Assembly (NCBI GenBank): GCA_012295275.1
Contig: CM022669.1
Location: 15,376,001 to 15,440,000 of the forward strand
Direction of reading: 5' to 3'
Length of the DNA: 64,000 nt
From: Chrysomallon squamiferum
Taxonomy: Eukaryota; Animalia; Mollusca
A model generated the notes under the pieces. The model was given only the letters and a program-made list of their open reading frames with translations, was not told the DNA's origin and did no database searches. The position numbers and the translations under genes were made by a program. Shown one piece after another: positions 26,696 through 38,842 of this stretch (within the stretch, counting starts at the first letter, position 1; each line of letters begins with the position of its first letter).

Positions 26696-27242
26696 ATACA
26701 TCCATACCCACACACGCATAACTTCTTGCTTTTAAACAGAACCAAACTCAAATGCTTCAACAGATCATCTCGGATCAAAGGTCTTATGTTACATTTTACA
26801 ACTGTTATTAAGAAAATTACGATTTACTGCAAGCTTTAAAAACATTTACTCAGTAAACAGAGAATCTGAACAACTTAAATATCAACTCCAGGAGTTGGAA
26901 CCAGGATTTAAGACGTAGAAGGTTTCGTTTTCGTTGTGTAGCAGTGGATTCAAACCCTAGATCTCCTCACGAGTTTTGTAGTTAGGCAAAATATTATATC
27001 TTTTAAGCACTATATATCACAAAACGCGATAAAGTGCTAAAATAAAAAAAATATGCAGTGAGTAGCCAAATATCGTCATGTTTCCACTTTTTTTCGTAAA
27101 GCTCTGTATAAACCATAGCTGCTGGCTCTGAAAAATATTAATGTGCCTTTAATTCAAAACGCGATAAGCTCTAGCGCCTTAAACGAACATCCGTTTTTTT
27201 AGATGATAACCTTTAGGGCAAATAAAGCAACCTGAAAATGTA

Positions 27243-27278
<36 letters not shown>

Positions 27279-27566
27279 GGTAAAAGAAAATAACATTAGA
27301 TTGATCATTTGTAAATTAAAAGTGAATTCTGTCTTAATTTTATAACGAGCGGATCAGTAAAAAACGTAACTAGCAGGAATATGAACGAACCGAACCTAAA
27401 ACAAAACAAATTAAAATATCCGTGAAAGATTTAATTAAAACCTCATTTATGTAGACCGTACCAGAGCAAAACAACAACAAAAGAAGAAGGCGAGGAAGAG
27501 AAGAAAGGAAATTAAAAAAGAATTAAAAAGAAATGTAAAAAGATAAAAAGAAAAAGAATTAATAAA

Positions 27567-27613
<47 letters not shown>

Positions 27614-29119
27614 TAACAAGCAAAGACAAAACAAAACAAAACAACAGTAAACACAAAAATTAGATATATAACTAAATGGATAAATAAATTATAAACAAAA
27701 TTAATCAAAGGTAAAATATAGCATTAAATCAAATGAAAAAGTCTTGATAATTCATATGTAAACAAAGATCAGATTTGTGTCACGTCCGAAAACGCCTGAC
27801 TAGAGTAATTATTTCTCACATAAATATTCAAAGAATTTATTTAACTCTAATTTGATCGACCCTAGGCGAAGCAAATAGGAGCATTTTTCATTGGAAATTC
27901 CTTTTATTCGTATGTATATATTTTTTTTTTTTGCCGACGGTAACAACTACTGTCATAATTAAGGTATTCAGAGCGACCCGCGGGTCAAGACGTGGGGGGG
28001 GGTCGCCAAACTGTCTCAAGTAGAAAAACGACTAACACAATTATCAAGACCTCCGGTAATAGGTGACCTTCGGTTTCAGGCTACATTCCGGTTCTTAGAA
28101 ATGGCGGAGCGGAGGGAGGTAACTGCGTTTATTATATTTCGCTAGTGCAGTAGGTTTAAATACTTGCACGTGGATACAAAATATTTAGAGCAGATGTATA
28201 AATTATGATAACAGACACACATACAGACGTAACTATAAATTCGATTTTAAAGTTAGCTTTATATAAAGAAAAAAAAAAAAAAAAAAAATGAATGGTGGTC
28301 ATAAATAAATAGACTAGTAAAATAAATTAATAAATAAAACTACGCAAAAAGAAGAAGAAGATGAAAAAAAAAAAAAAAAAAAAAAAATACTCTGACAGGA
28401 ACAAAACTTTGAAGCATATAGCCGTGCATTTAATTTCCAGCGTAATAATAATTCCCTTTGATTATTTTTCATGGCTCCGTGAATACAAACAAACACCGAT
28501 TGAGACGTTTACGATAAAACAACGATTCACTCGGTCAAACGATTTCTCAGGAATGACTTATATTATGCTTTATTTCTTTAAACACTCCGTGGAATCAATA
28601 CCGAAGACGAATTGAAAGATTGTGGCAGTAATTTTCTGCATGCAAGGTAATTGTAGTCATTCCAGATACAATTGCGAATTTTTGTCAGTTTAAGTGATGG
28701 CGCTTGTTTTGGAATAACTCGGTGGAAGTATTTGTTTGTTACGGTTAACTTTTCTATAACGAAAAAAAAAAAAAAAAAAAAAAATAGAAAAAATTAGGTT
28801 ATTGCTAGAAAGCAATAAAAAGTGTATTTAGTTTATTTTTGTAAATTATTTTTGCCTGATATTGATAAATTGTGTCCGATAATTACAAGGGTTTTGAAGA
28901 AAACAAACCGAACGCATCTCCGTAATGTGTACTCGGCCGTGAATTATATGCCTGAAGACATCGCCAGTGAATACTGAGGTAAATTAAACGCGAGCGGAAG
29001 GCTTGATTTAATGACGTATCACAATCGCACATGATTTTTTCATTCATTGCAGGCTTATTACACAACTCACTGCAGAAAAATGACGTAATCAAAAAGTGAG
29101 AAAAAAAAAATCACATTTG

Positions 29120-29225
29120 CGTTTTACGAATCACGTTAACTATACCCATTACAAACACGAGTTCTACAACTTTTACATGGTATTTAAATCTGTTACACAA
29201 TTCTTTCATTCTTTTTTCTTCTTTA
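29120..29225 (+). repeat. 106-bp direct repeat, copy 1 (copy 2 at 32115-32220)
   Basis: CGTTTTA.GAATCACGTTAACTATACCCATTACAAACACGAGTTCTAC...TTCTTCTTTA occurs twice, 2995 bp apart, with 3 mismatches. Confidence 0.92.
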
Positions 29226-29245
29226 TTATTAACGTTAAAGTTTTT

Positions 29246-29317
<72 letters not shown>

Positions 29318-29451
29318 TCATCATCATCATCATCATCATTATTATTATTTTCATTATTATTCTGATACATATTTCAAATGTTATTTAAAAAAACAATAAA
29401 CTGTAGATTCGACCATGTTAATCTACAGTATTTATATGGTTTAATGAGTTA

Positions 29452-29753
29452 GGATAGTGAGAAAAGAGTGATCTACAGCACGGTAATGAGTCGGGAGACA
29501 GGATAGTGAGAAAAGAGTGATCTACAGCACGGTAATGAGTCGGGAGACAGGATAGTGAGAAAAGAGTGATCTACAGCACGGTAGTGAGTCGGGAGACAGG
29601 ATAGTGAGAAAAGAGTGATCCACAGCTCGGTAATGAGTCGGGAGACAGGATAGTGAGAAAAGAGTGATCTACAGCACGGTAGTGAGTCGGGAGACTGGAT
29701 AGTGAGAAAAGAGTGATCTACAGCACGGTAATGAGTCGGGAGACAGGATAGTG
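29452..29753 (+). repeat. 49-bp minisatellite, 6 full units plus a partial
   Basis: Unit GGATAGTGAGAAAAGAGTGATCTACAGCACGGTAATGAGTCGGGAGACA starts at 29452, 29501, 29550, 29599, 29648 and 29697, with few substitutions and no spacers. Confidence 0.97.
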
Positions 29754-30382
29754 ACACTGAAATACGGTTTTGGCTCAGCACTTACATGAACTTTGAAAAA
29801 TCTCTTCAGGAAAATTAAATAAATAGCATTTACTTCAAATTTAATACTTCTTTAGAAAGGTCAAATGAAATTTCGAGTTCCTGCTGTAATAGCATTAGGA
29901 AACTAGGAAAAAAAAAAAGTCAATTTAAGAGTCTTAAATGAAGATTTATTTGCAAAAATTGTAAAACATAAAGAAATGTTGATCAATATTTATTTAAAAC
30001 CATCAATTTTGCCAGACAAGTGATTCTAATATCGCATCTTATTTAGAATTTAGAAAAAAAAAAAAAATAATAATAAAAAAAAGAAAGAAAAGAAAAGAGA
30101 AGAAGAAATGCGAAAAAAAAAAAAAAATAATAATAAAAAAAACACTTTCGTGTGACAGTAAATCATTAATAATGCTATATAATAATAAAAAAGACGAAAA
30201 TAGAGCCACCCCCAAAATCCTTCTATAATAACATTAATTATTTATGAAAAGAATAAATCATGTCTAATTGAAAAGATAAAAAAAAGAAAAAAAAAAAAAA
30301 AAAAAAAAAAAAAGAAAAAAAAGGAAAGAGGAAAAAAAGCCTTCACAAAACCCAGAACAAAATACGCAGATATTTTGCAGCG

Positions 30383-30430
<48 letters not shown>

Positions 30431-32752
30431 GATTACAAGTTCGTAAAAATTATTATTTATAACATGTTCTTTTGATATCTTTAAGTTTATTTATATCATC
30501 ATAAACTTTATGTATGTCTGTGCATACATGTGTCTCTCTCATGTATACATTAAATGAAAAAATAATAATAGTAATATATATATATATAGTTTTTTTGTTT
30601 TATTTCCAAAGCTTATTGAATATTGTCTGTAGAATGATGTCATACTCGACTGAGTTAACTCTGCCTGGTGGATTTAAGTCTGATCTGTATGAACTAATGT
30701 ACTTTGTTTTCTAATGAGATCAAAATACTCGTCTACTGATGTCAGTGTTTCTTAAATTAACTGGCGTTAAATAGTCTTTTGATAATCATCGTCATGAACT
30801 TTCTAGAGCAGTAGAATTTCTGAGGCTTCTAAGTCGTATATTAAACTTTGTAAAAAATGATTCCTTTTTTATCTGAGATTTTATTTTGATGTAAATATGC
30901 ATCAGTTTATAAGAGAAGTTCTGTCTGTTTTTTTTTTTTTTTTTTTTGAGGCTCAGTAAAACAATATACTCATAACATTTGATTTATATAATCGTTAATA
31001 TTGTCACATCATTCTTCTTTATGACCTTTTTCCATCTGTAAGTGAGCGTTTCAGTGCCACGTTCCTAACATTCCTTAGGTTTAATTATATATTTCTATTC
31101 AGTTCAGTGGATAAACACACATTTTTCAGGAATTATATCTATTTCCTAAAAATACACATTTTCTGTAACATATACATATAAATGCAGTACGTATACCCGC
31201 TTACTGTGTTTCTTGCGCATCTGTTCAGTTCAGTTGTTATTTATTTTCATTCGTTTTATTATTACATTTTACATTTATATTCTCAGTTATTACTTATGCA
31301 AACAAAGGATGATAAAAAAATCTTAAGAACCTGAACAGTACTGTTATTCAATGAAAAAACATTAAGAAAGAAATAAAGAAAATTAAAAAAGAAAAAGAAG
31401 ATGATGATTTAAAAAAATATAAAGCGGCAAAAATATAAAGCGGATTAAAGATTTCAGAAGATACGTCGCCATCATTGTCATAATACAATCTACGGAATAA
31501 AATACATTAATTATAGCGAAAAGAGAAAAGAAACGCAACAGTTTTTCGAATAATGGGTGGGATTGATTGGAGATAAGCGCGGAATACCAGATCCGTGTGG
31601 GTAACTCTAAATCACTGTCAAAAAAAAAAAAAAAATAAAATAAAATAAAAAATAACCAGTGTTTGATTCCGAAACGAATTAAGACTTTGATGTTCGAAAT
31701 CCTGATAAAAGAGTCTATGTCGTTTTGTGACGCGCACTTTACGATCTCAGACTACGATAAGAAAAGAAGACGTTATCTAGAAACCGCAAACGAAGAAGCA
31801 GTTCTACACGAAAGTATCGTATTGTCATAATGGCGTATTTGGATGACTTTTGCGCGTCAACAGTTCTTATCAATATTGCCCTAAAGAAATGATTATTATT
31901 GAAGATGCTTCATTTCGTTATTTATTACTATTATTATTTTTTTTGATGTGATAAAGATTGCAATCTATAATTCCTGCATTTTTGCAGTCTGCGCCTTGTT
32001 TTTGCTGTATTTGCGTGTCTTGGAAAATAATCAGTAAAGCCGTCATCGCATGCTAAAAGAAAATAATAACATGAAACCCCCCCAAAAAACCCAACAGCTA
32101 TGTAAATAAAAATACGTTTTATGAATCACGTTAACTATACCCATTACAAACACGAGTTCTACAACTTTTACATCGTATTTAAATCTGTTACACAATTCTT
32201 TCATTCTTTCTTCTTCTTTAGCATGGCAGATAAAGCGTAAGATATTTGGGCACGTCTGTCTGCATTTGTCTGTGTGACGTGTTTAATTTTGTGTGCAGAT
32301 AGGATCCAAGTGATCCATGATTTAGTTGGACATTGATTTTATAATTAGGTGATAGCGTTTTCTTGTATCTGTCTATATTGTCTTATTTATGTTCGTGTAT
32401 TGGTAACATAAATTCTGCTACACGCTCAAAATGTCGTAACCGACATCCGTCTTACATTTCAAAGATTATTTTGTTGAAAGCAACACAAAATCACAACAAC
32501 AAATAACAAAATAACAACAACAATAACAATAACAAAAAACAACAACAAAACCCCCTAACAAAACAAAACAATAATTAACAACCCCCAAACACACACACAC
32601 ACACTCATATACACACAAACAATAAATAAATGACTTAATAATGAAATTGACTAAGTAAAATAAAATTAATAATGAAAGCGAGATAGGGAGACGTTTAAAA
32701 TAAATGTGAAAATAGTAATAATAATACGGAAAAAAAAGGTATGAACATTGTA

Positions 32753-33123
32753 CAGGTACCGGACCAATTATCCGGCGTCGCGTAATCCGGAAAGACCAGA
32801 AAACCGAAAGTTGTTTTTTCCCGGCGCTATTTTCATAGTTGCAATCTATAATTCCTGCAGTTTTGCAGTCTGCGCGAGGGTGTTCTCCTCACCAGACCGG
32901 AACTACTCTTTCAAGCCTCGTGGCGTTTATTCACTCGCCGCACTGTTTACGTGTCGAGTCGCCACAGTAGTGTATCGCCAATTTTCTTTATGTTTTTAAT
33001 TTTAAAAAATGTTTATGCCTAATTATTTACATATTTATATGCCTTGGTACCAGAAAACCGGAAAATCCAGAAATCCGGAACGCCTGAGGCTCCAAGGAGA
33101 CCGGATAATTGGTCCGGTACCGG
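32753..33123. mobile_element. MITE, probably Tc1/mariner-pogo(Tigger)-like
   Basis: Perfect 21-bp inverted repeat GGTACCGGACCAATTATCCGG (32755-32775 / 33101-33121). The left end reads TA|CAG and the right extreme end is mutated. Subterminal CCGGAAA/CCAGAAA repeats are present. Confidence 0.8.
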
Positions 33124-34315
33124 GAAAATTATATATTATTATAAAAACAATACAAAAAATAAAACTGACAATATAAATTACTCTAATTCTGTGGATTATA
33201 AGTGATTTTTTTTTTTTTTTTTTTAAATAGCGAATTAATTCCAACATCAACTGTATATGTTATCTCTTTATATGTTTAAACCGCTTTTGGATGAAACATG
33301 ATTTCCTTGAAGGGATTTTGTTTGGAGAGCATCTAGAGTGTTTTTTTTTTTAAAAATATGTTAAGCTTTGAAGAATATAATTAATTGCTCTTAACAGCTG
33401 CGATTCTAGCGAGTTCTCTTAGGTCAGTGGGCGTTTTAGGCCACTGATGTCAAATGTTAATACGATAGCACTAATACGTAGATTTTAAAACAAATTATTA
33501 ATTTATAACGACTACTGTTTACATTGCTTACAATAAATAGCGTCATGCGCCTTACTCACATAAAATAATAATAATAATATAGAATCAGTAAGTAAGTAAG
33601 TAAGTAAGTAAGAAAGCAAGTAAGTAAGTACGTAAGTAAATAAATAAATAAATAAATACTGTTCTATAATATATATTCAATAATTCATCGACCTATAAAA
33701 CAATAAAAAGATAAAAATAATTTAAAAAAATCCCAGTTTAAAATAAAAACCTCCGTTTGAAATAATTTATACAAAACAAAATAAAATAATTTTGACAAAC
33801 TATACCATTTTTTTTCTTTTTTTTTTTTTTTTTTTTTTTTCAGTATTTGGCGCATGAAACTTTAAATAATTATATTGAAGAGAGTAAAATAAAAATAAAT
33901 AAAATTATTTCTTTTTCTTCATTCCAGGTATCTGTGCCTGTACGTTAAAGACCTATCTCAAACATACAACAACATTAAAAATACAACTGGTTCTGCAGCA
34001 CTACAGACTGAAACAGAGATTGAAACAGATTTCAACGTTATTCACGTTACTGTCACTGGACTTGCGGCAGTTTGGTTTTCAAAACTTAAAAGAAGACTAA
34101 AGTTGTTTATTTATTTTAGCTGTTTTATTTCTCATAAGGATTAATTATTTACAAATTATACAAAAATATATAAAAAGAATATATTTGAAAGATCTGATTT
34201 ATTAGGATTCTTGGATACGTGACATTTTTGAGTTACTCATTTATAAATATATTTTATTATTTTGAATTAAGCTCACATTTAAAAAAAATAATTTATACGT
34301 TTTAATGGCTAGACG

Positions 34316-34346
<31 letters not shown>

Positions 34347-34719
34347 TATATAAGTGATATATAAGTGAAACATTCAGACTATGGGTGCTCTGTCTATCGT
34401 TGCGAAGTAGTACTGGTCAAAGATTTATGTACTTTCTTTTATCACTTATCGATATAACATTAAAAATGCATGATCCAACGATGATTTTAAAATAGTCTGT
34501 ATTTGACTCAAATACCCAACATCTCTTTCTGAGCACTGAATTGTGTATATTCGTTATTTCATCATAACATTGGCGATATATTATGTTTTTATTTTGTATT
34601 TTCTACGAGGAGGATCGATCCTGAATTCCATAAGGTTGAAGCCGTCACTTTCTCTGTTTATTGACTGCTTCGTTTTAATTTTAATTAATTTATCTCTTTC
34701 TATTATGTCTTCTGCTAAG

Positions 34720-34744
34720 CTCTCTCTCTCTCTCCCTCTCTTCT

Positions 34745-34830
<86 letters not shown>

Positions 34831-34855
34831 TTATATATATATATGTTTGTGTGTG

Positions 34856-34943
<88 letters not shown>
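34720..34943. repeat. Compound (CT)n-(TA)n-(GT)n microsatellite
   Basis: Directly visible. Similar tracts occur at ~22115-22214, ~40620-40695, ~45360-45440, ~47488-47586, ~48514-48603 and ~57395-57600. Confidence 0.95.
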
Positions 34944-34946
<3 letters not shown>

Positions 34947-35336
34947 AGTGGACTCAGTCAAAATCTGATTCAATATACTCTGGCTAGCAAAATAAAAACA
35001 AACATCTTTGTCAGTTTAGCGAAATTTTATTTGAATAGTCACTTTTTATTTGAACAAGAGAATCAGATAATATGAACCATTCTGAAATATGAAACGCATA
35101 ACAATTATCAACAATGAAATGTAAATAGACTGTTTCCATCTTCAACAACCATATATATATATATATATATATACAAAGACAAACACGATGTACTAATTAC
35201 AGAATAAAAATGATTTGAAAAATCACAATGTTTGCAGCAAATATCTTTAATCTTGATTTTTAATCCTGGAATATAATTATAAAAAAGGTACAAGTATTCA
35301 GTATGAAGAGTATAAAGTCCATGTTTTTTCATGAAA

Positions 35337-35374
<38 letters not shown>

Positions 35375-38300
35375 TATATATATATATTTTTTTTTTTTTG
35401 TTTGTTTTCTAAACAGTAAAAATAATGGATTTTAAAAAAAAAAAAAAAAAAAAAATCAAAAATTAAAATCACAACAACGACAACGTAAAATTGGTTTTAG
35501 ATTCTATTTTTGTTACTTTACGAGAAAACGAATTAAAAAGACAAAAATTATAGAAGGGATGAAAGTTGGGTTCTTTCAAAGTAATTGAAGTAATAACTAT
35601 TAAGATGCTGCGCACAGAAGTAAAATGAACATCTGAACATTATCCGCTGTCAGTCATCAAAGGTTGAAGTTTGTTATTCTTATTTCGAATATTACTAATA
35701 CGACCAGTTTGGATATTTGATACCCGCTGAGCAATTTTCACTAAATTAATATTTGAATAAACCAACAAAAACAAACAAACATCAAATAGACAAAAACAAA
35801 AAACAAACAAACAAACAAACAAAAAATAACCCCAAATCAAACAACAATTGTTTGTTTCCATTTTGTCATAAAAATCTTTCTTTAATAAACGGTTGTTGTT
35901 CAAACTTTGTGAATTAAAATAATAAAATAAAATTATAATAATTATTAAAGTTAATGGAATGCTAGACTTTGCAAGAAATGTTACAGAAAAACACGAAGAA
36001 TAAAAAATTAATGATGAAAATCTTCACGACGAATGTGACATTGAAATTGTTATAAACTATCTCTCCAGTCTGATATTTTAAAAAGAATGGTTACTTACAA
36101 TTTGATAGAGCGAAACACAAGTTAAATAAATATGGTAGCGTTCAATACAGTTGTGATAATGATATTGTTATAAATCTTTTTGCATGGTTAACTATAATTT
36201 GAGAAAGTGAAACATAGTTTAATAAAACAACGTTTTATTCGTTTGGAAATCATTTGACTCTTAAACTTATAAATTTCAAATTATAAATCTAAATCATCAT
36301 CTTTTAATTTAAAGACATTTACTTCATATTCGTAAGTACTGAACTTTTTTTTCCAGTCGTAACAAAATATTTAACATACGAAAATGTGGATGATCCAAGA
36401 TTTTAGTAAAAGAAAAAAAAAAAAAAAAAAAAAAGACCTTCTGTTTAGTGGGATATGCGTTTCAGATTAAAATTAGTTTCGTTATTAGAAAAGAACACAT
36501 CGGTAATAAAAAAATAAGAAGCTGGGGCACATAGATAGTCGATATGAATTTTATTATAGGCTTTTACTCGTTTAATAATTCACCAGAAATTTGTTCTGCT
36601 AATTACAGCTTCCTATCCTATGTATATCAGCAGTCATGACAAAAATTGTGAATAAATTAATACTACCTATTTTCCGCTTAACGAATACGCAGGAATTAAA
36701 TCTGTTACAATTACGATAAAACTGCCGCTTACAAAGTAGCCTCGTTATACAAAGTAGATTATATGATGTATCAGGTTTCTTCTCTAACAGGTGGCGTCTA
36801 CTAAAACTGATCAGAATATGGCTCATATTGTTTTGTTCTAACAGACAGCTGTGAATCTCTATGAAGTGCTTTACAATTGTTATTTTTGAATTGTTGTATA
36901 CAAGTAAACTGCGGTATAATGATATCAGTGAGTATTAGCTTTTTAACAAGAAATGATACTGCCCTATACATTTTTATAGAATAAAAAAAAAATTAAAAAA
37001 AATTAAAAATAAAAGAAAATGTCACATATATTATAATTTGAGATCTCAATATTTCTAACAATATATATATATATATATATGTTTCAGTATGTGTGGTTTG
37101 AAGAAAAGTTTTAAAAAGTATTATTACGTTTAAAAACAATTTTTTTTAACAGTGTAGGCAGATGTACGGTTAATTAAGTTTTAAAACATCATATTAGTTA
37201 TATCCCATAGAAAAAAAAAGATATAAAAAGAATTGCTCTGATTTTACAAAAACGGTTTGAGGATCTGATGTATTTTAAAACATATGAATCTTTAAAGCAC
37301 TATCTAAAATATGAGGGATCCTCAAAACACACCCTGCACCTGATTTTATTACAGTTTCCAGTCCACAAAGCTTTTAAAAAACCAGCCTTGCGTACACAGC
37401 GTGTATTTACTTTGCATCCAGGAAATATGATAACTGTCTTGTACTGTAGTGAAAAATAACAGTTACAAAAGTAGAAGAGAAATAATGAAAAAGGACACAT
37501 GTAATAAATAACATTATTAACGTTTGTTATAGAAAAATGTGACAAAGCATCACTTGCAACTGAGACGTTTGTGTTTTATCAGCAAGCTTTGCTAGAAGCT
37601 TTTGCAATAATAATGATGATAATAATAATATGTTTATTATATTAGCTCTGTTTTTTTTTGTGTTTTTTTTTTACAGTGAGCACTGTCGTATTTGCACATT
37701 ACAATAAAAACCTTTGATTTGAAATTCATAGGCGATGTACATTCAGAAAAAAAAAAATATATATATGTATATGTATTTTTATGAGTTCTACGCTAATATC
37801 ACAACCTGTGATAAGTTCCATATCAAAGGTCACGTCCTGCAATTAGCGAATGTCTTTAAGATGGGCGATTCTGGTGCCGATAACTGGAATCGGTGGTTGC
37901 GATATGAGTTCATGCTTTCCAGCCGCATAGACATCAGAGTTGAAAGGCATGTGAATTGAGAGAAAGAGATAAACACAGACATTGAGCTTCTTAATCTCTT
38001 TTTTTTTTTTTTTTAATAGCTCTTTTCTATTTTACGATATATAATATCTGTCGAAGCTGTTATACAATATGCACTATCCATTTCCAAGTAAAATGGTTTA
38101 CAAAGGTGGTTAATATATTTCCATACATTTTCCATAACAACTGAAGATTCATTATGAACTATGGTGTTGTTTGAATAATATTTCATTTCTTCCAACAACT
38201 ACAAGTGCTTTAATTTCATTACCAAATGTTTCCTTGGATTATGAATATTGGTCTGAATTTTTACCAACGTTTGCAGATTTTAAATGCTTGCTTAAAATTA

Positions 38301-38535
38301 CCCAGGGTTACTTGAACTTCCAGCGTTGAATTGCATTATCAATGTTACACTGGACTGCTAACGTTTTATTTTAGTTTCAAATATTTTTTTAACTTGCCAT
38401 TACCACGTTCCCTTAACCAGAGACAGCACTGGATCTCTGAAACAGAAGACATTGGCGGCTGTAAATTTTATTTTATTTTATTTATTTATTTATTTTTATT
38501 ATTTTTTGTTTTAATATTTTTCTCCTCAGAACAAT

Positions 38536-38842
38536 TCAGTAGGAGTTGAAGAAGCAGCACGAATTGCGCTCCGCCATGTTCAGATGTTCCTGGTGTTTTT
38601 TCTTCAGGTAGTGGTAGTTGCCGTACTCGCAGAACCTGTGGTAGCGGGTGCGGCAGAGGTCGTGACCGCACCTCTGACACCGGCTGCTGTTGATGAGCTC
38701 TCGGTTCGACTCGCGCCTGGGGTCGGTGGTTTTGGAGGAGGAGTTAGCAGGTGTGTCGTTCGAGCAGTTTAATGCGTGGGGACCAGGGCTTTTGAGCCTT
38801 TTGAGGGAGGTATCGGGCGACCCGGCGCCTCTTCTCCAAGAA
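38536..38842 (-). CDS. Probable terminal coding exon of an unidentified gene (…SWRRGAGSPDTSLKRLK…RCQRCGHDLCRTRYHRFCEYGNYHYLKKKHQEHLNMAERNSCCFFNSY*)
   Basis: Sharp GC-rich island with C/G-ending codons. It begins exactly at a TTTTCAG acceptor (phase 2), stays open for ~101 codons and ends in TGA, followed by AT-rich UTR-like DNA. No family recognised. Confidence 0.7.

Noticed and set aside
29452-29753. CRISPR-like appearance of the regular array, and ORF 29473..29781
   Set aside because: Units are contiguous with no unique spacers, there are no cas genes and the context is eukaryotic. The ORF is a by-product of the repeat.
38013-38198. 61-aa minus-strand ORF downstream of the orphan exon
   Set aside because: Non-ATG start, AT-rich, no acceptor support. 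More simply read as 3'UTR.
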